Origin: Patellaria atrata CBS 101060
Taxonomy: Eukaryota
Reading direction: 5' to 3'
Length of the DNA stretch: 64,000 nt
Assembly (NCBI GenBank): GCA_010093705.1
Contig: MU006094.1
Location: forward strand, 48,020-112,019
Under the pieces are notes generated by a model that was not told where the DNA came from, ran no database searches, and saw only the letters and a list, made by a program, of their open reading frames with translations. A program made the position numbers and the translations under genes. Positions 1-12,130 of the stretch are shown here, one piece after another. Within the stretch, counting starts at the first letter, position 1, and each line of letters starts with the position of its first letter.

Positions 1-205
1 AATCCAATACCAGTCTTAAGTTGAAAGTATGCTGCTTGGATCTTCTTCTGGACATTGGATTTGGGTATACCGAGTGAGAAACGCACAAGATCTCTGCAAA
101 TGCGTGTATAATGTTTGCGATTAGAAATCATCTTACGGTGAAAAGGAATAACTTTCAAATTTAGTAATCAAAACTCGGATATAATTTGACGAGCTGTTAA
201 ATGTA

Positions 206-2008
206 ACGTGTTTCACCACTCAAATGGCCACCCTATCAACATCAACACGCATTTTCGAACGAAAACAGAAATAGCAACACAGCAAAAACCTACCGCTTCT
301 CAAAAAGATGGTAGATTACTTCTTGCTCTACAAGCTCTTCAATCTAATTCAATTTTAAGCGTACGACAGGCTGCAAAAGTCTATAACATTCCTAAATCAA
401 CAATTCAGAAGCGACTTCAAGGAGCAGCACCAAAACGCGAAGCAAACCAACAAAAACAAAAGATCTCCTCGTACGAAGAGAAAACTCTTGTAGATTGGAT
501 ACTTAGCCTAGATCGACGAGGCTTTCCCCCCCAGATTATTGATGTACGAAGAATGGTAAACACTTTACTTGCTGAACGCGGTCAGAATCCACCACCAGAG
601 CCTATTGGCAAGAACTGGGTTTCACGCTTTATCGTACGACAGCCTGAGCTAAAAACACAATGGAATCGAAAGTTCCACTCACAACGCGCCAAATGTGAGG
701 ACCCTTGTACGATAAACGCGTGATTTCAACGCGTTCAAGAGACGCGTCTCTCGTACGGCATCAACGATGAAGATATCTACAACTTTGATGAGACAGGCTT
801 CCAAATGGGTATCATCGCAACCACAAAAGTAATCACAAGTTCAGATACCATCGGACGAGCAACTGTCGTACAACCAGGAAATCGCGAATGGGTCACAGTT
901 ATTGAAGGAATCAATTCATCAGGTTATGCCATTCCTCCGTACGTCATCTTGGCAGGAAAGGTTCATCAATCCAAATGGTATACAGATTTACCAGCTGATT
1001 GGATAATCTCCCTAAGTACAAATGGTTGGACGACTGATCAGCTTGGATTCGAATAGCTAAAGCATTTCAATACCCATACCGAGTCTCGTACAAAGGGCAC
1101 CTATCGTCTGCTTATCCTTGATGGACATAGCAGTCATGCTACTCCAGAATTTGATCGTTATTGTACGATAAATAAGATTATCACTCTTTGTATGCCTCCG
1201 CATACATCCCACCTGCTTCAACCACTTGACGTTAGCTGCTTCTCACCATTGAAGCGCTCGTACGGCAAAGAGGTCCAGGAGCTCGTACGACAAGGAATTC
1301 AGCATATTGATAAGGAGGACTTCCTATCAATCTATCGTACGATTCGACCAACAGTCTTTACTGAACAGAACATCAAAAGTGGATTTCGAGCAACTGGACT
1401 TCTTCCATACAACCCTCAGCGCGTTTTATCGTCGTTGACAGTAACTAAAACGCCATCACCACCAGGAACTTCAGATGGCCAACAGCTTGAATGGCCAGCA
1501 GAAACGCCTCATAACGTCACTGAGCTTAAGAAGCAGACAAAGATCGTACAAGAGCTACTTCAGCGATCCTCACAGAGCCCTGTTAATCAAGCTGTCACTC
1601 AAATTATTAAGGGCTGTCATATGGCAATGCATCAGGCAGTTCTCCTTACAAAGGAAGTTCAGGAGCTTCGTACGGCGAATGCGCGACGAGAACCAAAGAA
1701 GCAGCATCGTAGACTGTTATATCTCGTATGAGACTACTCTTCAGGCTCAGCAAGGGCAGTTTCTTCTTAATAGAGCAGAAAATAGAGGGCAAGAGGCTGG
1801 TCAAACTGGTGAAGCCATTGTACGACAACGCGCGCCGCCAACGTGCAGTAAATGTGGGATTGAAGGTCATATTGCTCGTACATGCTCAAATACATAAAGA
1901 ATTAGCTAAATAAATTTTTAAATAAAATAATATTTATTTTGGTTAGGTTTTCGTACGAAGATGCGTGTTGATGTTGATAGGGTGGCCACTTGAGTCGTGA
2001 AACACGGT
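206..2008 (+). mobile_element. Fot1/pogo-like (Tc1/mariner superfamily) DNA transposon, element 1, full length (~1.8 kb), non-functional
   Basis: Imperfect ~60 bp TIRs: 206-266 (ACGTGTTTCACCACTCAAATGGCCACCCTATCAACATCAACACGCAT...) versus the reverse complement at 1947-2008. Flanking TA at 204-205 and 2009-2010. Internal DDE_1 transposase. Confidence 0.95.
271..1897 (+). pseudogene. pogo/Fot1 transposase (HTH_psq/CENP-B-type HTH, DDE_1, C-terminal CCHC knuckle), disrupted
   Basis: Motifs VRQAAKVYNIPKSTI, WILSLDRRGFPP, YNFDETGF, LILDGHSSH, LQPLDV and CSKCGIEGHIARTC. Probable start ATG>ATA at 271, stops at 721-723 (TGA) and 1054-1056 (TAG) at Trp positions, and a frameshift near 1710. Confidence 0.92.
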
Positions 2009-2562
2009 TATGATAAGACGATTGGGTTCTGTCATCCGCTTAACACAGTATTTTTTATTATCCTGCCCTGTTTATGAGCTACCGTTATCATTTCGATGCT
2101 GTATACTTGAAGGTTAGTGCTAGATTAATCAGCTATTCACGATCTATCACAGTTAACCCGTGTTAGGTATGGTTTATGTCTCCCGATTAGATGTAAAGCA
2201 TACTTAACAAACACTCTCATTCTCTTTAAAGACATATTAGAGCAGCGTTGACCAGTATAGAGGGGGAGCAGTCAAATTGCTGGAGCAGCGAGGACATTGT
2301 TGCTATTTATTATCCTAAGTATTTAAGTTAATATCGCTAACATGTCTTATAAAGCTTTGGATCCCCATGACTGAATGTCGCTCTTTTCTGAGGTAAGGAG
2401 TCCCATGAGGATATACTTGGAGGGTGGACTGTCACTCGTCAGGTATAGATATGTGCAGAGTACCGTTCTAGTATTAAGATAACGTGCTTTACCAGTCAGT
2501 GGGACACACCAGTCAGTGGGACATCCCACCAAAACCACCCCACGTCTTCAACAAAATCAACA

Positions 2563-4183
2563 ATGCCACTAACACAGAACCTTCAGAAGCTCCGGCAAGA
2601 AGGTAGATTACTTATTGCTACTAAGTCGCTTCAAGAAAACAGAATTTCAAATGTCCGGAAGGCCGCCGGATTGTACGATGTTCCAAAGTCTACTCTCCAT
2701 CGTCGCGTACATGGCATAACACCTCAGAGCGTGTCTAATTCGCAAAAACAAAAGCTAAAGCTATCTGAGCAGCAGGCACTCGTAGAATGGGTCCTAGATC
2801 TCGACCGACGCGGATTTCCGCCCCATATCATCGACGTACGACGAATGGCAGACCATTTACTCGCGGCACGCGGCCAGAATCCTCCTCCCACACCCGTTGG
2901 TAAGAACTGGGTATGCCGCTTTATCAACAACCAGCCAGACCTACAGACAAAATGGAATAGGAAGTTCCATTCTCAACGCGCGAAATGCGAAGATCGAGAC
3001 ATATTTCGCGAGTGGTATGGGCGTGTAAACGAGACGCGCCAGAAGTATGGCATCCTAGACGAAGATAGCTACAACTTTGACGAGACTGGATTTATGATGG
3101 GTGTATCTGCGACATCAAAAGTCGTTACAAGCTCTGATACTATAGGCCGAGCAATTCTCATACAACCAGGCAATCGCGAATGGTCAACGGTGATTGAATG
3201 TATTAATGCCACCGGGTGGGCAATCCCGCCCTTCGTTATCCTTCCAGGAAAGCTCCACCAGTCAAGCTAGTATCAGGATCTACCCGGTAACTGGATGCTC
3301 GCTGTTAGCGATAATGGCTGGACAACAAATAAGTTAGGATTCGAATGGATTAAGCACTTTGACAACTGTACAAAGTCTTATACAAAGGGGATCTACCGTC
3401 TACTTATACTTGACGGTCATGGTAGCCACGCAACGCCTGAATTTGACCAATACTGTATGGAAAATAAGATTATTACCCTCTGCATGCCGTCGCATACGTC
3501 ACATCGTCTTCAGCCGCTTAACGTAAGCTGCTACTCCCCTCTAAAGGTTGCGTACGGTCACGAGGTTCAAGAGTTCGCCCGTCATGGAGTCCACCATATT
3601 GATAAAGAAGACTTCCTAGCAATATATACTAAGGTACGGCTATCTNNNNNNNNNNNNNNNNNNNNNNNNNNNNNNNNNNNNNNNNNNNNNNNNNNNNNNN
3701 NNNNNNNNNNNNNNNNNNNNNNNNNNNNNNNNNNNNNNNNNNNNNNNNNNNNNNNNNNNNNNNNNNNNNNNNNNNNNNNNNNNNNNNNNNNNNNNNNNNN
3801 NNNNNNNNNNNNNNNNNNNNNNNNNNNNNNNNNNNNNNNNNNNNNNNNNNNNNNNNNNNNNNNNNNNNNNNNNNNNNNNNNNNNNNNNNNNNNNNNNNNN
3901 NNNNNNNNNNNNNNNNNNNNNNNNNNNNNNGAATTTAGAGCTTCGTACAGAAAATCAACGTCGAAAACGGAAGCAGCAGCACCGCCGAAGGTATATCGCG
4001 CATGGAGGGGCTCTACAGGCTCAGCAGGCCCAGCTTATAGCTGAGGAGTTGGAAAATATGGAGCAGGAGGCCGACCAGAACTGGGCTGGTCAGACGCGAC
4101 AGCGAGCAGCACCAACGTGCTCTAACTGCCATATCCAAGGCCACACAAGGCGTCAATGTACTAGTGTCTCAAGTAGCTCCTAA
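2563..4183 (+). pseudogene. pogo/Fot1 transposase, disrupted
   Basis: HTH (VRKAAGLYDVPKSTLHRR), YNFDETGF, LILDGHGSH, LQPLNV (the catalytic Asp of QPLD reads Asn), stop TAG at 3268-3270 at a Trp position, and C-terminal CSNCHIQGHTRRQC ending at TAA 4181-4183. Confidence 0.92.
3646..3930. other. assembly gap (N run) inside transposon 2
   Basis: Run of N. Confidence 1.
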
Positions 4184-5176
4184 GTATAATTTTATTTGAA
4201 TATATTTTGTTGTAGTGGAGTAATTGTATGAAAACGCTGGTTGATCTTGGTGGGGCGTCCCACTGAGTGGTGTGTCCCACTGACTGGTAAAGCACGTTAT
4301 AGTTGTTATCACGCCTGACTAAGCACTCAGTCGGGTATATATGCCTGTCCTCCTCCAGTCTTTTTTGGATCAGACACTTAAATTCTACATCTCACTTTAC
4401 GTGCCCTTACCACACAGTTGTTTACAACTTTTTGTCCCATTCTTTTTGACCTGGACGATTCGGTGATGCAGGGTTAATTCTACACTGGTGAGAATCAGGC
4501 TTTGAAATTCATAATTCATCAATTCTAACGAGGCAAAGTGTAAAAGAGCAAAGTCTAGTGGAAGTCCCCTAACATATATATGCGAGCGATCACTTACTCT
4601 ATCGTCACTAGAAGAAGAAGAAATCCTTTAATAGAAAACTACTGATTTAGGTACTAGGTACTTTCTCGTTATAAGTGTAAGTTAAATATTACTTTTCACA
4701 CGCTAGCTTACGGTATACCTTAATTATATTCGGTTCCTTACCAACGCACAATCTTATCTAATGCTGAATCTATAAGTTGTTTAGTTCTAGTACTCTTTTA
4801 GACTTCTTCTCATTATTAAAGAATATGTTAAGTCTTTTTTTTTCTTAAGACAGTTATTACGACAACTCATTCTTGCATTTTAGTTGAGAGTTTCAGAGCA
4901 TTCACAGAGCTTCATAGCGCAGTTACGATTGCCTCATCTTTACCTCAGGTGGTCACTCGGCGTCCACATCTCCGAGCATTGCTCCTTCCGTTTGAGTTGT
5001 GAACTTTTTGCTGCCTCAGGATTCTTTTCCATTTCTAACAAACCCCACTTTAATCACCATCGCACACTCATTACAGGGACTCTTTGCCCGGCTGACTTTT
5101 CATCAAAGGTACCTATTTCTTCATAGCCTGCAGTTCATCCTATCAAGAAGATATCTGAATAACACCCTTGAGCACA

Positions 5177-8100
5177 ATGTCTATAATTGATGATGATTCC
5201 CTCAACGGCAATTATCTCGCTCCGTCCTCCACATGGGATGGTGCACCTACTCCAACCCAGAGTGCTACTCTTTTCTTAGGAAATAACACATTTCGTGTCT
5301 TTGTCCGCTTGCTGAATGGACGACAACTAGTTATTCCCATCGCTGTCACAGCTACTGTCGCCCAACTTCATGAAGAAGCCGCACGACGAGCAGGAAAATT
5401 CGAGCTTCCATTTTCTATAAATGCAACCGTGCTCCGGACTACCGGTGCAGATGGGGTATTACTATTCGAGGAGGACCGCATTGTAGATCTTCTTGACCTA
5501 ACGGAAAACCACACTTTCGTCCTAAGTCAACGTGATAAGCCGCCAGTTGTATGTATCATAAAAGCTTGCTATTCATCTCTCCTACTAATGACTTTTAAAA
5601 GGATAATCTACCCACCACATATTGTTCTTAATACTAGGCATCGGATTTGGTTGCTTCTGAAGGTGATCTGTTGAACCAACCCAGGAACACTTTAGTTCAG
5701 AAAGGAGACCAAGGAATATACATTCGATGGATTACTGCGAGGCTAGCTATTCAACACTCACGTCTAGGGCATATCTCCACCCAGGGTCAGGCTGTTGATC
5801 CAAGCACAACTATCAACACTTTGTACCAACTTGCACGTCAGGTGGGTTGCAATTCTGACATCACCAATAATCTTGCTCTATCAGAAGTAAGACTTGAGCC
5901 ATATCTTGAGCATTTTTACCTCTGCTCGACAAATCAGGCTGGTGTTAATTAGCAGATTTCGGGCTTATGGGTGGTCGCAGCAATCCTATCAATGTGTTCA
6001 TTGCTCTTACGCGTGATATTACATCAGCCCCTAAGATCCAGGACCTTTGGAGCTTTGACTGCACCGACCGAGGCGTTGCGACATTCGTGACTTGCATCAA
6101 GTTGATGATAGAGGATATCCAAAAGAAAAGAAGTACCCTAAATAATTTCTTGGGTGTTCTTTGGGATATCACCCAATTCTCCCCCAATATTGCTGGACTT
6201 TTTTCGTCTTTTCGGTGGAGATATTGATACCGGAGAACGCAAGCCCCTCGCTATTTTCGCTCATGGATTCTATGAGATATGCCGTCGAATCCTCCCACCG
6301 TGGTTATGCAAGGCTCCGGAAATATTATTTCAAGGGTCGCGGCAGGTTTTCGGTTGGATTTATTCCATGAAATCTGAGATGTCCTCTTCAAAGGGTGAGG
6401 ATATTGGTTTGGTCTTCAAGGCTGAACTATCAAATATAACCACAGAGACTCATCCCAAGTTTTGTGGCCTCTTTGAATTTGACAAATATATCCGAGTACC
6501 CGTGGAAAATAGCAGTTCCAACTATACGCATCATGAAATTCTTGTCAGTACCAACACAACTGGGCAAAACCTTGCCAGACTTCTCGCACTTGCTCTTAAT
6601 GGAACTTATAGTACCCCGTGGGACTTTTATTTCCAGCTCCCATCGCTAGGTCCATCTTTGCATGAACACAAGCAGATACGCCTCATCACTCATAGTGAAT
6701 TTGATGATGTTCTCCACACGACGAACACGATCGATGCTTTTAGAATGGTCGGACCGCTGCAATTGGCTCAGTATCCCAGCTCTGCCCTTCCACTTGTAAC
6801 CCTTAGTAAAGATGGCTATGTGACTTTGTATGATCAAGAGAATATCATGTGCGGGTAATGTAATTTTCCACTTGGAACGCAATATCTGGACGAGACACCA
6901 TTTTACTCATATCGAGATCAATACCTTCTACAAGCGCTTCAACCCATCATTATTCAGAATAAGCGCAATAATAGCTGGAGACTTGATGCTTGGACCGAAG
7001 ATGGTTCTAAAAGACTTTATACTTCCTGATGAAGCTATCGTTATCTGCGTTAACACCAGTGGTGGCATGAGGGAACAGATAGGGAAATTATGGGTCGAAC
7101 CTGGATCTTCTGGCATTCAACAGCCTGGATGTGCCGTGACTGAGATGATTCGTCTCACTGAGGTGAAGGACGTCTTTCGCAATCTTGTCGCTCGAATGTC
7201 TGCTTATCACTTGTCTACACACCTTGGATTTATAACATTTTCGGGGAATCATCGTGTCTAAGAAGTCAAAAGTCTCACCCTGATATTAGTTGACTTCCAA
7301 GACAAACTAGAGGGTGTTTCATCCGTGGGACAAACTGCTATTTGGAGCGCTTTGCACAAAGCAAACAGTAGGCTCGCTAACTTCAAGCAGACATTTCCGA
7401 CTGCTAAGCGTCGCATAATCCTCCTTACCGATGGCAAGGACAATAATTCTACCGTGTCTCCTTCGACTATGTGTTCTATCCCATACGCGTCTGATGTGGT
7501 AGTTGATGTTGTCATCATTGCAACGGACAAAGCCAACGATCTTTTCAAATTCGCTAAACATACTAGAGGTTATGCCTTTTGTCCACAAACTCGGAGCGCG
7601 CTTTTCCAAGTATTCCTGCTGGAGATTGTGATCGATGTCCGAATCCGCCCCGATGTACAAAAGGAACCGATCTATAACTTTGAAACATCGATCCCCAAAA
7701 TTGCGAATATGCAGGATCCGTACAATTTCCCACGTTGCCGCCCACATACCCATGAAAATGACGAGTTTGTCCTGTTAAAGGATGCGAAGCAGTTCTTTTC
7801 TAACGTGACACGTGGAACCAGCCAGACACAGCGAAAGAGGTTCGCTCGTCGTAGCACATCAACTATTAGCAGTAACAACCCACACAATGTTGTGCCATCT
7901 ACCCAAAGCTCAACAACTGCAACTCACGTGAGTGTGGGTGGACCTGACCGGATCACCCTGAATAAAGTAAATTTAATGATCCAGAATGAGCATCCGACGA
8001 CGGATATCTATGTGTGCGAGCGTAATATGGGATTCTGGGAAATTGCCATGCAAGAACCTCCTTATGGACCTTATAGTAAGGGTGTTTTCCTCCTTTACAT

Positions 8101-8537
8101 CCACATAGACGAAGACTTTCCACGCAAATCGCCGACTGCTCGATTTATTACCCTGATCCTGCATTCTAACGTTACTAAGGTATGATATGCAGGCTCTTCT
8201 CTTCTGCCGTACTGTTCCACTAACCTCCCCTATAGCACCGGTGAATTTGCCATCCCATATTTGATCGCGAATGGACGGCTTCGACTCATGTATACCAAGT
8301 TGTGCAGCAACTATTCGGGATGTCGATGTCTTTGGAGAATCGGGATGCAATTGATACACTTTTCACCTTGAAATTCTGGACTGATCCGGAAGATGGAAAG
8401 CGTGAGGTGGAGCAATATGTATGCAACACATCGCTCGACTCTACTCAATCACTGAATAACTGAACTAACACTCCTAGATCGCCCTTTTCGCCTCCAAGTC
8501 TCGCGCCGAGCATCGTATTGAGATACTAGGTCGCTAG
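5177..8537 (+). pseudogene. Ubiquitin-like + vWA + ubiquitin-conjugating (UBC/E2) fusion protein pseudogene
   Basis: N-terminal Ubl-like VFVRLLNGRQLVIPIAVTATVAQL. vWA motifs ICVNTSGGM, LGFITFS, GQTAIWSAL and IILLTDGKDN. E2 fold PPYGPYSKGVFLLYIHIDEDFPRKSPTARF..LHSNVTK^HR*ICHPIFDREW. Introns 5549-5601, 8180-8235 and ~8419-8477. In-frame stops at 5629, 5635, 7259 and 8242, and frameshifts near 5945, 6185 and 6855. Confidence 0.85.
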
Positions 8538-8699
8538 TTGGGAAAATACCATCTTAGGTTCCCTGTAAACAGAGGACATCTCGGTTCAAGAATCAGATAT
8601 GGTGAAAATGACCCCATCTTGAGTTAAGTACTGGATATAGCAAAACTTAGCCCAGAAGCTATATGGTATGGTGGATACAAGTAGTGCGAATTCAATCGG

Positions 8700-11017
8700 T
8701 TGTAGTAGTCGGGTTAGCTCAATCTTACTCTAGCAATCAGCACAGAATCATAGATCAACATGATTCTAAAGAATTGAATTCTCAGGATATGGTTATATTA
8801 TGTTCCCTTTCCACACTGTGACTCGTATTCTTTCCACCAGAGCCAATGAATAATTGATTATGCAGGCTGAACAAACCCCGTATCATGTTCACTTGGGTGT
8901 TATCTAATTGCCCACCGAATTCAACTAGGAATTCATAACCCTGAAGGAAGAAACGATCATGAATTCACCCAGGTGAAGAAGTGATATCGATTTCCATGAA
9001 AGGCTAGCTGCCCACCCTGCATACAAAAGACAACACCCTCTTTCACGGTCCTAAATTCTCGACCCTTTTACACTTACCGAACGACTACTGGGAAGTCATT
9101 AATCAACCAGTACGAACTTTCTTCAATGTCTATACGATGGTCACGTATGTGCGTCCAAGGACTAATTGTACATTGCGGTTGTTCTATATAGGGTGTCGAA
9201 ACTAACTTAGAGCAGGAGAGTGAAGTACACAGGTTTTTAACGTTATGTACTGTTTACGGTTTCGAGTTCATTGTACTCTTTTGCGGCCTCCATGGCGAAG
9301 AGTGGGAGGCCGGTATGAGGATGAGCGTACAGATGGGTCAGAATGTCATGATAAGGGAAGAGAGGTTTCAAGATCGCATCGCCGGCCACCATGCATGATC
9401 CTCACAGTAGGGCCTATTTTTCGGGATTGAGAGTAAGAAATTGTAATTAATAGAGCAGAAGTTCACCCAAGGACAAAGGTTCAATAAAGCGGACTTAAAA
9501 CTGGATCTCTTATGCCACTCGGTAAGAATCCTCGTTGTATCATCGCCATAAATATGCTTCCAGAACAACCCTTCCAGGAGTCCGAATCGCCTCCAAAGAT
9601 AAATCAGCTTCTCGTGTACGGCTTCGAGATGGAGGATACAACCCAGAATAGGGTTCGGTACAGAGCACAAAATCAACATTTGAGCCCGGTCTATGATTTC
9701 ACACTTCCAGTGATACCTCAATTTCCCTAATGGCGAACACACATTGGCGATTTTGGAATTCCTCTGATCCTTCCATGATCCCTTCGTGGCAGGGAGGCAG
9801 CACAGGACGAGTGAGCTTCGGGGGCTCAGTGACGGTGGGATCGATGTAATCCCATGCGCCCCAAATTTGTGTCCTTGCACTGATCTAGCAAATCCAGGAG
9901 TCCCAGTCTTTAGCGGCTTTTAGAGTGAAAAGTATCTTCACGTCTTCCTCGAACATGCTTGTGCTAATCTAGATGTTGGATGGCTTCCGGGAAAATAGTG
10001 TCAAACAAGATATTATGAGGTTATATATTGTACAAAGTCCTTAGTAATGAAGGGTGATGGATTTAAAGTTTATTATAAAAGAATGTCTTATCTAAACCGG
10101 ACGAAAATTTCCCCTAACTGGGAATTGCCAGGGTAGATTGAGACCCAATGGAAGGTGGTGGAATTTGTCTAATTTTCTAGACAGGTCAAAATGAGGTACT
10201 TGAAATGCTAACTCACCTTTCCTCTTGGGGACATCTTCCTTTAGCACCAATTCAAAACAGTTGAACCAGTATGAGTTAGTGAACCATTAGCTCTGGAGTA
10301 GTGCTATCACATCACATCAGTATACCGAAGAAGACCGAGAACAGTAAACCTCCCAATTTATTGTTCCATAGGTAGGGTTTACATTACGTCCACGATCCTT
10401 ATCTAGTATTCAGTGTTCTGCTTACATGATCTATTCGAAAATCAAAATCCGAAGACTCTTTCATTGTCCTAGAAAATGATAAAAATAGTCTCCACCAGAG
10501 CCGCTCCGAGAGGATCAAGTGATTTTTCGAAATTGACCATTGAAACAGGGACATGAAATCCCCCTGGCCAAAAAGTAGCTCCCTATCTCTTCAGCGATAG
10601 GATTATAGCTTCTTGTATGCTATATGACAATAAAAAAAAAGCTATCTACTCAACGTTAGAGCGCCATAGGTGACATTTCGGACCGTCGAGAACTGTATCG
10701 GGTCTAGTTCAAATGACAAGACCATATTCGAGGAGCATTTTGTTCCATAATGGAGGTGATTGAGCATATGGAGGATAGCGTGTACCCCGATATGAGACTC
10801 TTGTCTTCTATGCTTCTTGTTAAACCTCTTCCTGCAACTGAGGCAAGCGAGCTAGAGTAGAAGTATACCATGGTGGATTTAAAGGGACTAGCCTTTCAAT
10901 CCGGATCCGGTAAAATGACTCCAATATCTTATCCCAAAAGGGTACTAACTGTTTCCCCGAACGTCTTATTTCGACTCGCTGAGAAAAGGTCTTTGGATCC
11001 GTGGAGTATGTAGCCAT
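8700..11017 (-). pseudogene. possible decayed gene of unknown family
   Basis: ATG-initiated fragment at 11017 (MATYSTDPKTF...), protein-like fragments at 9368-9880 and an intron-like donor near 10215. No recognisable domain. Confidence 0.3.
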
Positions 11018-11194
11018 TATGAAGATACGGTATATTGAATGGACGGGGTATCAATTGTGGCGGGGAATTTGGCGAGCCGATGGATTTATGCGAAAAGGTA
11101 TGCCTTGGAACTAGTCTAAGGTACTGGTCTCTTGTGCCGAATCATTAGTGGATTTTGCTGATTGCTCTCCAATCTGAAATATGAACCTTCCCTC

Positions 11195-12130
11195 TCAAGC
11201 CATCCATCTAATAACCCCGAACATCACATTAACACCTACCCCTACCAAGATGGCTAGCTGCCTTCTCCTTGACCACACCCCATCTTCCCTAACTGCCCAC
11301 GTGAGCACACCCAACGGCCAGAAGAAACCCATGATGGTCCCATATATGAGGTCATCGAGGCCTTGTTCGTCATTCCCAAAGCTATTACCCCATCCCTCCC
11401 CATTCCCTTGTGTGGTTGCTCGTGCATCATCCTGTGCGCTGTTGTCTAACCACCGCTCCTCTAATCGCCTCAATTCCTCTCCATTGGGTAAATTATTTGA
11501 TGTTCGTGTGTATGCTACGTTAGACAAAAATTGTGACCGTAGTGACGCTACTTCGGCAGCTGAGAAGCCGGCAGAAAGAAGACGATCGAAACCTTGGGGC
11601 GGTGCGGAAGTCGATCTCGTGCTATGTGTGGATGCGGATGCAGCATTAGAGGACCCCACTACCTTTTCAGTGTGTCGTGATCGTAGTTTCGATTCAGAGG
11701 AAAAGGCATCTGCTGCCTCGGCTTCCAGTTCAGCAGGGGTAAGATCATCGCTAATGGAGCAGTGGATGTATACGCGTCGAGGTGGAGACTTCGAGGTGCT
11801 TGGTGTTTCTGTGTTATCTTCACGCAGAGGCGCTTTTCCTTTGCCCTTTGGATTGCTGGGATTTGAACTTTCTGGTGTGTTTGAGGGTGGTGGGGGAAGA
11901 TTAAGGGATGAGGAAAGAGACGCGGTATCTGTTAAGACCTTGCCGGAGTAAATGAGACGTAGACGTTTCGATGCTTCGTTCGGGGGTAAACTAGAACGGA
12001 TGAGGAGCTTTAAGGATAATGTTGTGAGTGTGTAAGGTGTAGATATTGTTAGAGGGAGGTCTGAAATAGAGGCGCTAAAGCGAATGATAATATAGAGTAG
12101 CTGTTCCGGAAAGACAGCTGAATCGGCCAT
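11195..12130 (-). CDS. DSC3: DSC E3 ubiquitin ligase complex subunit 3 (DUF2407-type Ubl N-terminus, UBA-like region, two C-terminal TM segments)
   Basis: IIRFSASISDLPL...RLRLIYSGKVL, YIHCSISD, GFDRLLSAGFSAAEVASLRSQF, LEERWLD and GFFWPLG...WSRRRQLAILVGV. Confidence 0.88.
   Translation of the reverse strand: MADSAVFPEQLLYIIIRFSASISDLPLTISTPYTLTTLSLKLLIRSSLPPNEASKRLRLIYSGKVLTDTASLSSSLNLPPPPSNTPESSNPSNPKGKGKAPLREDNTETPSTSKSPPRRVYIHCSISDDLTPAELEAEAADAFSSESKLRSRHTEKVVGSSNAASASTHSTRSTSAPPQGFDRLLSAGFSAAEVASLRSQFLSNVAYTRTSNNLPNGEELRRLEERWLDNSAQDDARATTQGNGEGWGNSFGNDEQGLDDLIYGTIMGFFWPLGVLTWAVREDGVWSRRRQLAILVGVGVNVMFGVIRWMA

Larger units (their letters stand above)
2482..4297 (+). mobile_element. Fot1/pogo-like DNA transposon, element 2 (related but distinct family member), contains an assembly gap
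   Basis: ~51 bp TIRs at 2482-2532 and 4247-4297 (ACGTGCTTTACCAGTCAGTGGGACACACCAGTCAGTGGGAC), each with an internal ~16 bp direct repeat. TA duplications at 2480-2481 and 4298-4299. Confidence 0.95.

Noticed and set aside
11181..11951. 256 aa plus-strand ORF
   Set aside because: Antisense shadow of DSC3 with no domain features.
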